Source of the DNA: Octopus sinensis
Taxonomy: Eukaryota
Direction: 5' to 3'
DNA length: 64,000 nucleotides
NCBI RefSeq assembly: GCF_006345805.1
Contig: NC_043018.1
Location: 22,196,001 to 22,260,000 of the forward strand
The translations under genes were made by a program, and so were the position numbers. The notes below the pieces were generated by a model. It was given only the letters and a program-made list of their open reading frames with translations, made no database searches and was not told the DNA's origin. Below are positions 49,574 through 62,750 of this stretch, one piece after another (the stretch's first letter is position 1; every line of letters starts with the position of its first letter).

Positions 49574-50090
49574 AATGGAAGATAGTGTGTGAGAGAGCAA
49601 AAGAGAGATGGAAGATAGTGAGAGAGAGAGTGAATGTGAAAGAGCTGGTAAAGAGTGAGAGAGATAGAGAGAGTGAATGTGAAAGAGTTGGGGGAAGAGA
49701 GAGTTGGGACAGAGAAAAGAGTGAGCAAGTTGAGAGAGAGAGAGGGAGAAATTAAAAAGATAGTGAGAAAGAGAGAGAGAGAGCATGAAAGAGTTAGGGG
49801 AGAGAGAGATAGTTGGAAGAGGGGGAAAGAGTGTGTGAAAGAGTTGGGAAGAGAGGCAGAGAAAGAATGAGAGAGTTGAAAGAGAGAGTGAGAGAGAGAA
49901 GAGAGAGAGAGAGCATGAAAGAGTTAGGGGAGAGAGAGATAGTTGGAAGAGGGGAAAGAGTGTGTGAAAGAGTTGGGAAGAGAGGCAGAGAAAGAATGAG
50001 AGAGTTGAAAGAGAGAGTGAGAGAGAGTAAGAGAGAGAGAGAGAGATAGACTGGGGAAGTTAAGGGGAGGGCGAAAGAGAGAGAAAGAAA
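49300..50090 (+). repeat. (GT)/(GA) tract grading into a purine-rich strand with a duplicated unit of about 125 bp
   Basis: agagagcatgaaagagttagggg...gagttgaaagagagagtgagag twice. Confidence 0.9.
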
Positions 50091-51789
50091 GCATCGCTTC
50101 ACGAGACATTTCATGAAAACTGTATCGTTTCAAAATTCTTCGAGTTCCCAGATGGTAAAAACAACGAAGCCAAAACCAGTGAGGTTTCGTATCGTTCAAA
50201 CAGAGCCTCGGAGCTGTTTGTAAAGTAAATTAAACTGCGACATCAATAAACCGACAATGTATCAACGATATTTGAGTTGAGACAAACCAATCTAAGGTGA
50301 TGCAGAGGTTAGAAGTCGTAAGGCAGAGGGAAATATCTACTTCAGCTCCGGTATTGTTCTCAGATGTGTTAAAGGAGATGATTTGTACAAAAGAAACGCA
50401 GTCAAGTTTAAAACCTTTACGATACCATTTCTGTTATTTAGCAACTAAAATATCTATAGTAATTGTGCATCTATTTTCCCCTGTAGAGCAATAAGAAAAG
50501 AATCTATTAGAACGAGTTTAATCACAACTTCCGATCAACATTAAGCTGTAATATTAAAATATCAATGTCGTGATGTAACATTAGAAGAACTTCATTAATT
50601 TAACATAATTCTTCTATAAATTATTTCCAAATTTTCCCCATATTCATTCAGAGTAAATTCTGAGCGCTGACTGCGATAGAACGGATGGCTGCTATCGATT
50701 GCAACACTAAATTCTTACATTATCAATGAAAGGAATTCTACAATCAAATCAAAGCTTTCCACCACCGCCACTGCTTGGTGCAACAACGTATATATTAATT
50801 GCTGGTAGGGACACCGTATTTTGTTGCGTAAGCACAATGCACTGCCAAGTCAAAACTGTGTCTCTACTTTCTGTGTTAGCAGTGCGATTTAATTACTTTT
50901 AAGTTACCCCTACAGATTTTCTATAGAATTTAAAACTAACACTCAAACTTACCAGCAATTACTATGTACGTACCAGTGCTAGAAATGTGCTTAATATGTA
51001 AAATAGGTATATCCAATGCTGTTACACCGCTATATGTTGTGGCTATTTAAACAATGAGTTCAAGGATGGTTAGTGGGTTGGATGTAGGACTGATGAAAGA
51101 GCAAGAATGCCTGAAATATGTATATACACTCATTACCTATATTTCTTTCTTCGATTGCATTGTTTACACAGATGTATTCGTATACGAAACATCGTAACTT
51201 TCAGTGTTGACTCTAAATTCAACAGAAAATATTTAGAGACAAAAATAATATCTACGTTTGTGGCATTGAAACATGCCCCAGTTATCGGATATTTGTTGTA
51301 AATGATGGTTCATACATCCTTGTTTTTGGTAATTTACTATTCTACCAGAATCAATAAATTCCCAAAGTTCTTGAAAATCAGGATATCTGTAATAGCAGTT
51401 ATATCTTCACACACATATATACACTAATATTCTATTTATATGATGATTGGTTGTTCGATTTCTTAAATCACGCTTTTGCATTCTTTAGAGAGACGATGAT
51501 GCCAAGCTTACTGTTTAAACCATGTTTGTGTTCTCCCAGTCAACAGTCTTATCATTACTGGTACTTTAAACACTTCGGTTGCATATTTGTGTGAATAAAA
51601 TCGTTTTTCTTTGGAATAGAAAAAAGTCTATCTTTATTTCTACTTTTGCTGGTATCTCAAATTTAGGTTAAATCAGTGTTTCTCAAAGTGGAGGCCTATA
51701 GGACGGTCGGATAAGCTGTTCTGAGAAAATTTGGTTGAAATGTTTAACAACTCAGCACCGTCCATTGGACGAGGGGCGTTTTGCTCGTG

Positions 51790-51822
<33 letters not shown>

Positions 51823-52751
51823 ATACACACGACAGTTTCTGTCTGCCAAATCCACTCACAAGACTTTGGTCGGCCCGAGGCTATAGTAGGAGATATTTGC
51901 CCCAGGTGCCATGCAGAGGAACTGAACCCGGAATCATGTGAACCCGGAACCATGTGGTTGGTAAGCAAGCTACTTACCTCACAACCACTCCTGCACCTAA
52001 TATGTACATATTAACTTAATCGAAGGATTAAGAAAACACTACTGTGCAGCAGCAGCAGCACTTTAGGCATGTCTCTTCTCACTCCTTGTTACGAGTCGAC
52101 CCAAGGCTTCTGAGTAACACCCGAGAAACAGACAGACAAACAGGGACTGTGTGAAAAGTCACTGAGTAGTTTCTACCTGTAATTTAAAAAAGCAAAAATT
52201 GCCACACATTCTATTACACTCTACTTATAGGTTACGTTAACGATACTATCAGAGCCTCTGGGGTACTCAGTCACGCACAGTATGAAACCATGGTTAGATG
52301 GTTCGGTTGATAAAATAACTAAAATACTCATCGTCGAAATTGACGAAAGATCCTTGTATTTTTTTTCTTTTCTGATTTGTGTCTTAATCGTTTTTGCATA
52401 CAGTTGGCGAAAATGTGTAGCATTCAGTTCCTCTCTGCCACGGTATTAGGTTTCAACACTAAATTAAGAGCAGAGCAACTGGGTAACAATTAGAAAATAA
52501 TTTATTTTTTCACTTCATGTTTCTAATTTAAAATTAATTTGGTTGGAAGTAAATCTGTGTTACGCTGGTAAGAAAATCCCGCCATCTCGTCTAAAAATTC
52601 CTTTGTTTCCAAAATGTCAAAATTATTCAGTTTAATTTACTGCTGTTGTTTCTTATAATGGCAGAGTCGTTAAAGCGTTGGAGAGACTGTTTCGTGGTAG
52701 TTGTAGCAAGTCTCTACGTTCCGAGATCAAATCTCGCTAAGATCAACTTTG

Positions 52752-53263
52752 CCATTTCAGGGTTGATGGAAAAGAAGCAATCCAGGGTCGTTGATTGCAG
52801 GAGTTATCAAAGGATCATACAGGATGCCTTGTGGCATTTGCTCTGCCTCTTTGCATCCCGAGTTCAAATCCCACCAAAGTCATTTCAGGGTGGATGGAAA
52901 AGAAGCAACCCAGGGTAGTTGATTGCAGGAGTTATTAAAGGATCATACAGGATGCCTTGTGGTACTTGCTCTGCCTCTTTGCATCCCGAGTTCAAATCCC
53001 ACCAAAGTCATTTCAGGGTGGATGGGAAAGAAGCAATCCAGGGTAGTTGATTGCAGGAGTTATTAAAGGATCATACAGGATGCCTTGTGGTATTTGCTCT
53101 GCCTCTTTGCATCCCGAGTTCAAATCCCACCAAAGTCATTTCAGGGTGGATGGAAAAGAAGCAATCCAGGGTAGTTGATTACAGGAGTTATTAAAGGATC
53201 ATACAGGATGCTTTGTGGTATTTGCCCTGCCTCTTTGCATCCCGAGTTCAAATCCCACCAAAG
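52752..53263 (+). repeat. Minisatellite, 4 x 128 bp, partly derived from a family B-like head
   Basis: Unit starts at 52752, 52880, 53008, 53136; contains cccgagttcaaatcccaccaaagtca; embedded in a degenerate B-like SINE 52655-53300. Confidence 0.92.
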
Positions 53264-53761
53264 TCAACTTTGCTTTTCAGACTTTCGGGTCGATAAGAGA
53301 AGAATGGCGGGTGATTGGCAGAATGATTAGATCAGTGGTTCTTGACTAATGCTTTAACCTATGGATTCCTTTGATCCCGTTTTATTCGGGTGGACCCTTA
53401 TAATCATTTGATGTTTAAAAAATCTTGTTATATTTTTATAATTAATCACAAGGTTGGCCAAAAGTCACCCTACAGTAAATTAAAATTACATAAATACTTA
53501 ATATTCAAATTTATTCATTCCAATTATGAATGTTTAATAATTGAATGTTGAGTGGGGTTTTTTTTCAAATATTTGTCTATTTATTAGCGAAGTCTCATAA
53601 AATAATTTTGTTGTTTTAATATTGGAATTAAATGACTTTTGATTTACGGTCAGGTAACGTTTGGCCAACGCTCTATTATTAAAAATTGTATACAAAAATT
53701 AAAATATTTTATGTGTTACTGAAGTATAAGCAATTTATTCTTACTAAATTTTTACAGCAGT

Positions 53762-53974
53762 GGGAGTACATGGCCTAGTGGTTAGAGCAGCGGACTCGCG
53801 GTTGAGGGATCGCGGGTTTGAATCTCAGACCGGGCGATGTGTGTGTTTATGAGCGATACACCTAAGTTCCACGCGGCTCCGGCAGAAGGTAATGGCGAAC
53901 TTCTGCTGACTCTTTCGCCACAACTTTTTCTCTCTCTTTCCTCCTGCATCTTGCAGCTCACTTGCGACGGACCG

Positions 53975-53975
<1 letters not shown>
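53762..53975 (+). mobile_element. Family C SINE, third tail variant
   Basis: catggcctagtggttagagcagcggactcgcgg head; tail cctgcatcttgcagctcacttgcgacggaccgtcg. Confidence 0.8.
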
Positions 53976-54026
<51 letters not shown>

Positions 54027-54030
<4 letters not shown>

Positions 54031-54418
54031 TGTTATATTTCGGAATGGTCATTTTGCCAGTTTAGCCAATAAAAACACACGCACTATATATTTGGTGTTA
54101 CTTTGCTTCAGTGTTATTTAATTTTTACATTAATCTTAATCTTATTTCGGCCAGAGTTAGTAAGGAGAGACACAAATAAGTGAGAAGAAACAAAGGACCA
54201 CTGATGCGGTCACAGGAGTGTGACGAGACGAAAGACTCTGGCCGAAATAAGATTAAGATTAATGTAAAAATAAATAACACTGAAGCAAAGTAACACCAAA
54301 TATATAGTGCGTGTGTTTTTATTAGCTAAACTGGCAAAATGACCATTCCGAAATATAACAATATCTGTTTCAACACACGACTTCACATAAAAAATCTTGC
54401 ACAACAAATATTTAAACG
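54027..54418. mobile_element. Penelope-like fragment with 130-bp inverted repeat (54027-54157 / 54235-54364)
   Basis: One mismatch and one 1-nt indel between arms; microsatellites on both sides; hammerhead-like motif at spacer/right arm. Confidence 0.72.
54198..54241 (+). ncRNA. Degenerate hammerhead motif
   Basis: CCA CUGAUGC G GUCAC-AGGAGU-GUGAC GAGAC GAAA GAC UC UGG; A9 replaced by C, extra bases before GAAA. Confidence 0.4.
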
Positions 54419-55703
54419 TATATATATATATATATATATACATATACATGAGGGTATCGCGGCGAGCAGGAAAGCTGTTGACACGAACCTGGATGAAGTC
54501 GAATGCTGGTGCAATTACCCCATGCACAGAATTGCTGGCATTTTGCACAGGCAGTGGTCAGCATCATCGCGCGTGTGTGTGTGTGTGTGTGCATATATAT
54601 AGTTTACTGCTCCTTTAAATGTCAGATCAACAAAAAAAGTACTCCATCCAGGGGGAGATAAGTATCGTTTAATATATATAGCATATTGTGTCTCTAAGCA
54701 ATTGAGCCTGAAAGATTGCTTGTTGCTTGGAGACACAAGACACGTTCTGTACATCTGCAGAATTATCGTGTTTCCGTGGCATGAAATTATTAGTAGCTCT
54801 TATTTAAATACCGCGTATATATATTAAATGATATATATATATATATATATGTCTGTGTGTCTAATATGAAATAGAATAAAACGGAAACACAGGCATGTGA
54901 ATAGACAAGGCAACGTATAGAAGAATCCATTTAATAGTTTTCTGCTGCCAATTTCACCAGTCAGTTACCTTGAGAGATATTACATGACTCTGATATAAAA
55001 ATTGGGCCGGTTTGGATTTAGTGCAGTTTATTAACTGAATGTCATTTCGCCACGAAAATATATTCCAGCAATTTATTTATGCGAATAGCTGTGTGCTTTT
55101 ATAATAGCCGGTTATCCTTCGTATATTTTATGAAATCGTACGTGAACGGAAGAATAAGTAAGTAACCTGAGTAGGGAAACCAACATAATCAGCTGCAGAA
55201 AGAGAAGCTAATAGGCATTTGGAGTAAAGTGAAGCTCTAACAAAAGCAATAAAGAAAGAGAGAGAGAGGTGGTAGGAGTCGTGGGTATAAGGAAGAGAGG
55301 TGAACTATAGAATTTGTATGGCTGATTTTTCAGAATCGTCATTACGGCTATAATATTTGCATGACGTCCTTTTCAAAAGGATTTCCTAAACGTATATGGT
55401 ATCTATAATGTAGCCTTCATTGAAGTTAAATTACTCATGGTCGCAAAACACACGTTATATTTATATTTAATACAGTTCGTTATATTTAATACAGCTAAAA
55501 ACAAAATAGGTAACCAGGAAAAGATTATATGACTCTCACACACACACACAAACGTGCTTAACATTATATTAAGTAAGTTAAGGGTTGAGAGATATTCCGC
55601 ATGTTCTACAGTCACTAGACTGAGGCCATGCTGGAGCACTGATTTGTAGGGCTGGTCGAACAAAATCGACTCCATTACTACTGCAACGGCATTACTGTTA
55701 TCA

Positions 55704-56640
55704 AGGCGGCGAGCTGGCAGAATGGTTAGCACGCCGGGGGAAATGCTTGGCGGTATTTCGTCTTCTGAGTTCAAATTCCGCCGAGGTCGACTTTGCCTTT
55801 CATCCTTTCGGGGTCGATTAAATAAGTACCAGTTACGCACCGGGGTCGATATGATCGACTTAATCCGTTTGTCCGTCCTTGTTTGTCTTCTCTTTGTTTA
55901 GCCCCTTGTGGGTAGTAAAGAAATAGGTATTTCGTCTCCTGCTATGTTCTGAGTTCAAATTCCGCCGAGGTCGACTTTGCTTTTCATCCTTTCAGGGTCG
56001 ATTAAATAAGTACCAGTTACGCACTGGGGTCGATATAATCGACTTAATCCGTTTGTCTGTCCTTGTTTGTCCTCTCCGTGATTAGCCCCTTGTGGGTAGT
56101 AAAGAAATAGGTATTTCAGCCATCTTTATGTTCTGAGTTCAAATTCCGCCGAGGTCGACTTTGCCTTTCATCCTTTCAGGGTCGATTAAATAAGTACCAG
56201 TTACGCACTGGGGTCGATATAATCGACTTAATCCGTGTGGCTGTCCTTGTTTGTCCTCTCTGTGTTTAGCCCCTTGTGGGTAGTAAAGAAATAGGTATTT
56301 CGTCCATCTTTATGTTCTGAGTTCACATTCCGCCGAGGTCGACTTTGCCTTTTATCCTTCGGGGTCGATTAAATAAGTACCAGTTACTCACTGGGGTCGA
56401 TATAATTGACTTAATCCGTGTGGCTGTCCTTGTTTGTCCTCTCCGTGATTAGCCCCTTGTGGGTAGTAAAGAAATAGGTATTTCGTCTCCTGCTATGTTC
56501 TGAGTTCACATTCCGCCGTGGTCGACTTTGCCTTTTATCCTTTCGGGCTCAATGAAAAAAGTACCAGATGAGTCCTGGTGTCGATGTAATCGACTATCTC
56601 ACCCCCATCAAGTTTTAGGCCTTGTGCCTTTAATAGAAAT
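55704..56640 (+). mobile_element. Five-unit family B SINE array with a single head
   Basis: Junctions aaata|ggtattt at 55926, 56110, 56294, 56477 (period 183-184); last unit has the short tail. Confidence 0.92.
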
Positions 56641-56678
56641 CATCATCATAGTGTATAAATCTGAACATACACGATATA

Positions 56679-56742
56679 ATCCTTAAATCCTTAAAAATGT
56701 TTTAGCCCGATGGCCGCGACCATGCTGGGGCACCACCGCTGA
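56679..56742 (-). mobile_element. Extreme 3' end of the CR1-like LINE
   Basis: Reverse complement of cagcggtggtgccccagcatgg...gggctaaaacatttt(aaggattt)n seen at 11635-11692. Confidence 0.85.
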
Positions 56743-58134
56743 TATATTGAAGAAAATACCAGAATGCGATCAGTTTCATGTCCTGTTACGGTCGTAGTAA
56801 CCGAACAGGCCTAATGAAATGTGTGAATGTTTATCGTTCATAAAGACGGAAATATGGCGGACTTAATACGCGTGTGTGTAACTGGTTTTTATTTTTGGTG
56901 GTGATTGAAAACAGAATTAACTAAATACTGTAGAGAATCTCCTGTATCAACGCCAACATCTTACAAACCAACTATAGATTCTCTATGTAGAGAAATGTTT
57001 TCGAGAGTGGAGATTGCAGATATATTGATTGCAAAAAAAAAAAAAAATTTTTTTTCGATGACATCTTGTGTCATTCACTGACTTCGATCTTTTAAAAAAT
57101 GCATATTTGATATTTTAAAATGGAATTGTGTGGAAATATATATCCGGAGGTGATCCAGAACTTTCACAACGTTGCATTGTTTCAAACTTTATTAGACCCT
57201 GGAAAATATATATCTCAAAAAATATCGTAGAAAACTATGCATTTTATAGGGAGCTCTGAGAAAGTTGATCCCAAACTCGCCCAAATAGATACCTTTCTTT
57301 TAATTTTTTTTCAAAATAATCGTATTCTATATCTCGAAAACGTGGATGAGCAGAATTTCATTGAAAACGTGTATCCTTAGAAAGACTTTTGCAGGAGGAA
57401 GTTTGGTGAGGCATCAAAGTGTAGGTATGCCGCCAAATCTCTAAATCACACTCTACAGTCTTAAAAATAGAAGGAAGCATTAGATAACGTAGCCTGAAGA
57501 CAGGAGTGATGGTCACGAGTGAAATATTTGATCGTAAGTCTTCTCTGTCAAGGCAAACTTGAATGTAAAGAACAACTAAACAATTTTATCAACGTAATAT
57601 GATTATCCAGTTTAAACAATGGACAAAGCTGATTTAACTATCATTTTTGGAGGCAGATGGTGCCTATGAGTCTTATTTATTTCCTGAACAATTCTTTTTC
57701 TCTGTCTGTGTGCTCCAACCAATGTACGGTCATACTCATCTCCGTAGGAGTCTCTTATCAGTATTTCAAAAATACGATAAAGTTTATTTTCCACCGATGA
57801 CAACATAAGACCGAAATATGTTTGCAGTTGTCTTCCCTTGCTTGCTGAAATAATTGAAACGATATTTGTTTTAGACTAATTTTATTTCTTTTTCTTCCTC
57901 CTCCTCCCTTTCATAATTGTTTATTCTTCATAACCCTTCGCCATTTTACTCTGCTTATATACCTTTTTCATATGTGATATAGAGGTGTTGCCAAATTTGA
58001 CTCGTGCATATTAATTTCCACTATGTCCTTTATATTCTATCAAACTTTCATGCATTTATTTGTAAAGTTAAGGAAGTTATTAAAAATTGAAATCCATCAG
58101 AGACTTTTGAGACACCCTGGATGTATGAGTGTAT

Positions 58135-58166
<32 letters not shown>

Positions 58167-58299
58167 ATACACATACTGTTGTGTCTGGGGAGAGTCATTT
58201 TCTTTTTGTGCCTTATAATGTAACACACTCACCGGTAAAATTTCCACTTATTTCTTATTTTTATTTTCCTAAAATTTTCGTTGCGTCTTGCAACCATTT

Positions 58300-58340
<41 letters not shown>

Positions 58341-58345
<5 letters not shown>

Positions 58346-58678
58346 AACTAAAGTTATAGAACAAACAAATGCAAGGTCATCCGCATAGCATTTCATAATT
58401 CGAACATTTAATCATAGAATATACATATAAACATCCCGCAAGATGGAAGATAATTCATCTGTACAAGCATACAAGCATATAATAATAATAATAAGGTGCG
58501 ACAAAAAATTTTTTTTTTTTTTTCATCACAGTTTAGATTTAATACTTTAGCGATTCAGAAAAATACATTACAACTATAAGGCTTCTCTTACTTGAATAAT
58601 AATTCTATAAGATTTCTAAACGATGAACTTTTATTTTATTTACAGGATATATTATATATTTTTTATATGCTCCCACAC

Positions 58679-58726
<48 letters not shown>

Positions 58727-59175
58727 AATATATATATATATTATATATAATATATATATATATTTTTATATATTTTTATATACCTATATATTTTTATATA
58801 TTACTTTATAAGATATTTTTACTTTCTAGGTGTTGTAATGTTTTGTTTTTTTTTAAATGTATTTTTCTGAATCGGTAAAGTATTAACTCTAAACTGTGAT
58901 GAAAAAAAAGAAAATTTTTTTCTCGCACCTTATTATTATTATTATTATTATTATATGCTTATATGCTTGTACAGATGAATTATGTTCCATCTTGCGGGAT
59001 GTTTATATGTATATTCTATGATTAAATGTTCGAATTATGAAATGATATGCGGATGACCTTGCATTTGTTTGTTCAATAACTTTAGTTTGATATTTTTGTC
59101 TCTTTCAATAGAGCACTTCTATAGCAGTCCTATTAATCTATTTGTTCCTGACAAGAAACAATCACTTTATTATTG
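58341..59175. mobile_element. Inverted-repeat element, arms about 230-260 bp (58341-58574 / 58832-59092)
   Basis: tatcaaactaaagttat...cattacaac and its reverse complement with scattered mismatches; TA tract in spacer and at both ends; no hammerhead found. Confidence 0.7.
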
Positions 59176-59210
59176 ATATATATATATATATAATATATAT
59201 ATATATATAT

Positions 59211-59461
59211 GCCTTCGAAACACGCTAGAGTCGAACTAGTGACAGCTGATGATAGGGGATTTTTCCTTGTGTAGTATGTCCTGTACTCTGTTTTAATGTT
59301 GTAAAAAAATGGGTTTTTCCGTTTTCGTTTCTCGTTGAGTTCTACGTCTAGTTGTGGTGTCCTGTACTCACGTATATATATTTATATATGCATGTATATA
59401 TACATGTAGATGTAGGTACGTACATATATGTTTGTATGTATGCATATATTTTTATCTATTA

Positions 59462-59503
<42 letters not shown>

Positions 59504-59662
59504 CGACGAGTTTCTTTAAGTTTCCGTCTACCAAACCCACTCACAAAGCTTTGATCGGTTCGAGGCTACCGCAGACGACACTTGCCCAAGGTGTCACGCA
59601 GTGGGACTGAGCCCGGAACCATGTGGTTGGGAAGCAAAATTCTTACCATACAGCCCCGCCTG
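59211..59662. mobile_element. Penelope-like fragment (59211-59380) beside a family A head (59505-59662, minus)
   Basis: gccttcgaaacacg...cagctgatga...gtggtgtcctgtactca shared with 36050 and 62760 copies. Confidence 0.6.
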
Positions 59663-60440
59663 CATATAAACATAGTTACATTCCTTTAAGCACCTAAATT
59701 TATTCAAAGCTAAATGCGCTCACATACAATATTAGTAACAAAGAGCTGAACTACAATGGAAAGAATATTCACCACGACAGTATTGCCAAAATAAATAAAT
59801 AAATAAATGAATAAATAAAACTGGGTTGATTATTTATAAACAAAAGGATAGGTGGACTATTATTAAATCTAAACGTCTGTGTACGATATGTGTTTTATAA
59901 AGGAAACGGGAGGAGTGGAGAAGATGAGGAAGGGCGCGAAGACGAGATTTGTGTGGGACGAAAAAAACACACGATTTAAATTACACTACTTATTTCCATT
60001 TATCTAGAACAGATATTCGGGGGGAAAAAGGTGGGGGGGGGGCAGGCAACAGCAAAAGAAAGAAAAAAAAAACACAGATTCTGTTTTGTTGCTTTGGCGC
60101 CGTGTTTCCATAGCAACGCTAAAGTAGCGACTTCTATAAAATAACAAACGTATTATTGTGATATCAGTTGGCACAGATCGACAGCGCTCTAGCCATGCAC
60201 ATCTACACTGACAGAAGGGAGAGCTAACGCCCAGAGCTACGGTTGTTGTTGTCATCATTGTTGTTATTGTTGTTGTTTTTCTTTGTTGTTTTTCTTTGTT
60301 TTTGTTTAGTCCCAGATTAACCCTGATCGAGCAAGACGTACAATCCAACGCATTCCGTCAATGACCACCTCTGTCCATAATTCAAAACAGAGGGTATCCA
60401 AGACAGTCGTTTCCTTGAAGAAGACTTTCGCTAAATAAAT

Positions 60441-60615
60441 TAGGAGTGGCTGTGTGGTAAGTAGCTTGCTTACCAACCACATGGTTCCAGGTTCATTCCC
60501 ACTGCGTGGCACCTTGGGCAAGTGTCTTCTACTATAGCCTCGGGTCGACCAAAGTCTTGTGAGTAGATTTGGTAGACAGAAACTGAAAAGAAAGCCCGTC
60601 GTATATATATATATA

Positions 60616-60657
<42 letters not shown>

Positions 60658-60845
60658 TTGTTCCCCCAACATCGCTTAACAACCGATGATGGTGGGTTTA
60701 CGTCAACGTAACTTAGCGGTTCGGCAAAAGAGACCGATAGAATTAGTACTAGGTTTACAAAGAATAAGTCCTGGGGTCGATTTGCTCGACTAAAGGCGGT
60801 GCCCCAGCATGACCACCGTCAAATGACTGAAACAAGTAAAAGAGT
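60441..60845 (+). mobile_element. Family A SINE
   Basis: Complete; a more degenerate copy follows at 60870-61200. Confidence 0.88.
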
Positions 60846-61699
60846 AAATATATCCATTTTACTTTTTTCCGTTGGAGTGGTTGTGTGGTTGAGAATCTGG
60901 CTTTCGAGTCTTGTAGTCTAGGGTTCAATTCCACTGCGTGTCTTCGACTGAAGCCTCGGGCGGACCAAAGCCTTGTGAGTGGATTTAGTAGACAGAAACT
61001 GAAAGAAACCCGGCGTGTATGTGTGTGTTCTTTATGTTTGTTTTCTGCCACCCCTTGACAAGCAGTGCTAGTCCGTTTACTCCCCGTAACTTAGCGATTC
61101 AGCAAAAGCGTTCGATATTATAAATGCCAGACTTCAAAGTGCCAGGAGTTGATTTATTCGACCAAACCTTCTGGGTGGCAATCCAGAATTAATCGTAGAC
61201 TGAAACATGTAAAAATATTAACACGATGACTGTTTCCGTTTCATAGACGATAGGATGTGGTTTGGGAAAGAATCGGGTTGTTAATTCCAGCAGGTCAAGA
61301 AAATCTACATATAACCAGCCTCACTAAGATAACCTCTTACTGAACGATGGACTCCTTTAACGATAGAAGCAGCAATTAAAACAGACATCCGTTTGCCATT
61401 CTCTAACAAATATAGCAATAATTAAGTTAGAGATATGGTAGTACTTGCTAGAATCTGTTTGAATCTTTGATATTTTGGAGTGAAGCTGACTGCAAGAGTG
61501 GAATGGTGAATTTCTTAAAGTCTGCTACTACAGCCTCTGTGCTGCTAATAAATAATCTTCAATGTTGGTAAATATGTCACACGGTTAGCAATTCCAGATA
61601 ACATCATACATATTTATATATAACACTGCGTTTCTGTACAGCTGTTGGCATGAAATTCAGTAAGTCTTCACGTGCATGTATACACCACTCCTATACTGC

Positions 61700-61727
61700 T
61701 TGGGTGTGTACACACACATACATACAT

Positions 61728-61763
<36 letters not shown>

Positions 61764-62750
61764 AGCATGTATGTATGTATGTAATATATATATATACATA
61801 CACAAGCATGTATGTATGTATGTAATATATATATATACATACACAAGCATGTATGTATGTATGTAATATATATATATACAATACACAAGCATGTATGTAT
61901 GTATGTAATATATATATATACATACACAAGCATGTATATTATGAATATATATATATACATACACAAGCATGTATGTATGTATGATGTATATATATATATA
62001 CTACACAAGCATGTAGTATGTTATGTATATATGTAGTAATATATATATACATAACACAAGCATGTATGTATTTAATGTATATATGATGTAATATATATAT
62101 ATATATATATATATTTTATATAATATAATTTATATATATATATATATAGATATATATTAATTATATATATATATATATCTTATAATATAGTGTAATGTAT
62201 ATATATATATATATATATTATAATTATATATATATATATAACAATCATGTATGTATGTATGTATGTAATATATATATATATATCATATATATATAATATA
62301 CAAGCATGTATGTATGTATGTAAAGTATGTATAATATATATATATATATATATTACAAGCATGTATGTATGTATTAATATATATATACATACACAAGCAT
62401 GTATGTATGTAATATATATATATATATATAATGTATATATATATATGTAATGTATATATATATATGTAATGTATATATATATATGTATGTATATATATAT
62501 ATATGTAATGTATATATATATATATATATGTAATGTATATATATATGTAATGTATATATATGTATATGTATGTAATGTATGTATATATATACATATATGT
62601 ATGTAATGTATATATATATGTGTATGTAATATATATATATATATGTGTATGTAATATATATATATGTATGTAATATATGTATATATGTATGTAATATATA
62701 TATATATATGTGTGTTTGTGTGTGTGTGTATATATATATATATACATACA
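61700..62750. repeat. TA-rich minisatellite, unit about 40 bp (acacaagcatgtatgtatgtatgtaa(ta)n)
   Basis: acaagcatgta recurs about ten times. Confidence 0.92.

Noticed and set aside
55704-56640. Regular repeat arrays that could be mistaken for CRISPR (also 52752-53263)
   Set aside because: Units are whole SINE bodies or identical 128-mers with no unique spacers, no cas genes, eukaryotic context.
57612-57806. 64-aa minus-strand ORF with plausible composition
   Set aside because: No convincing splice sites or recognisable motif; within chance length.
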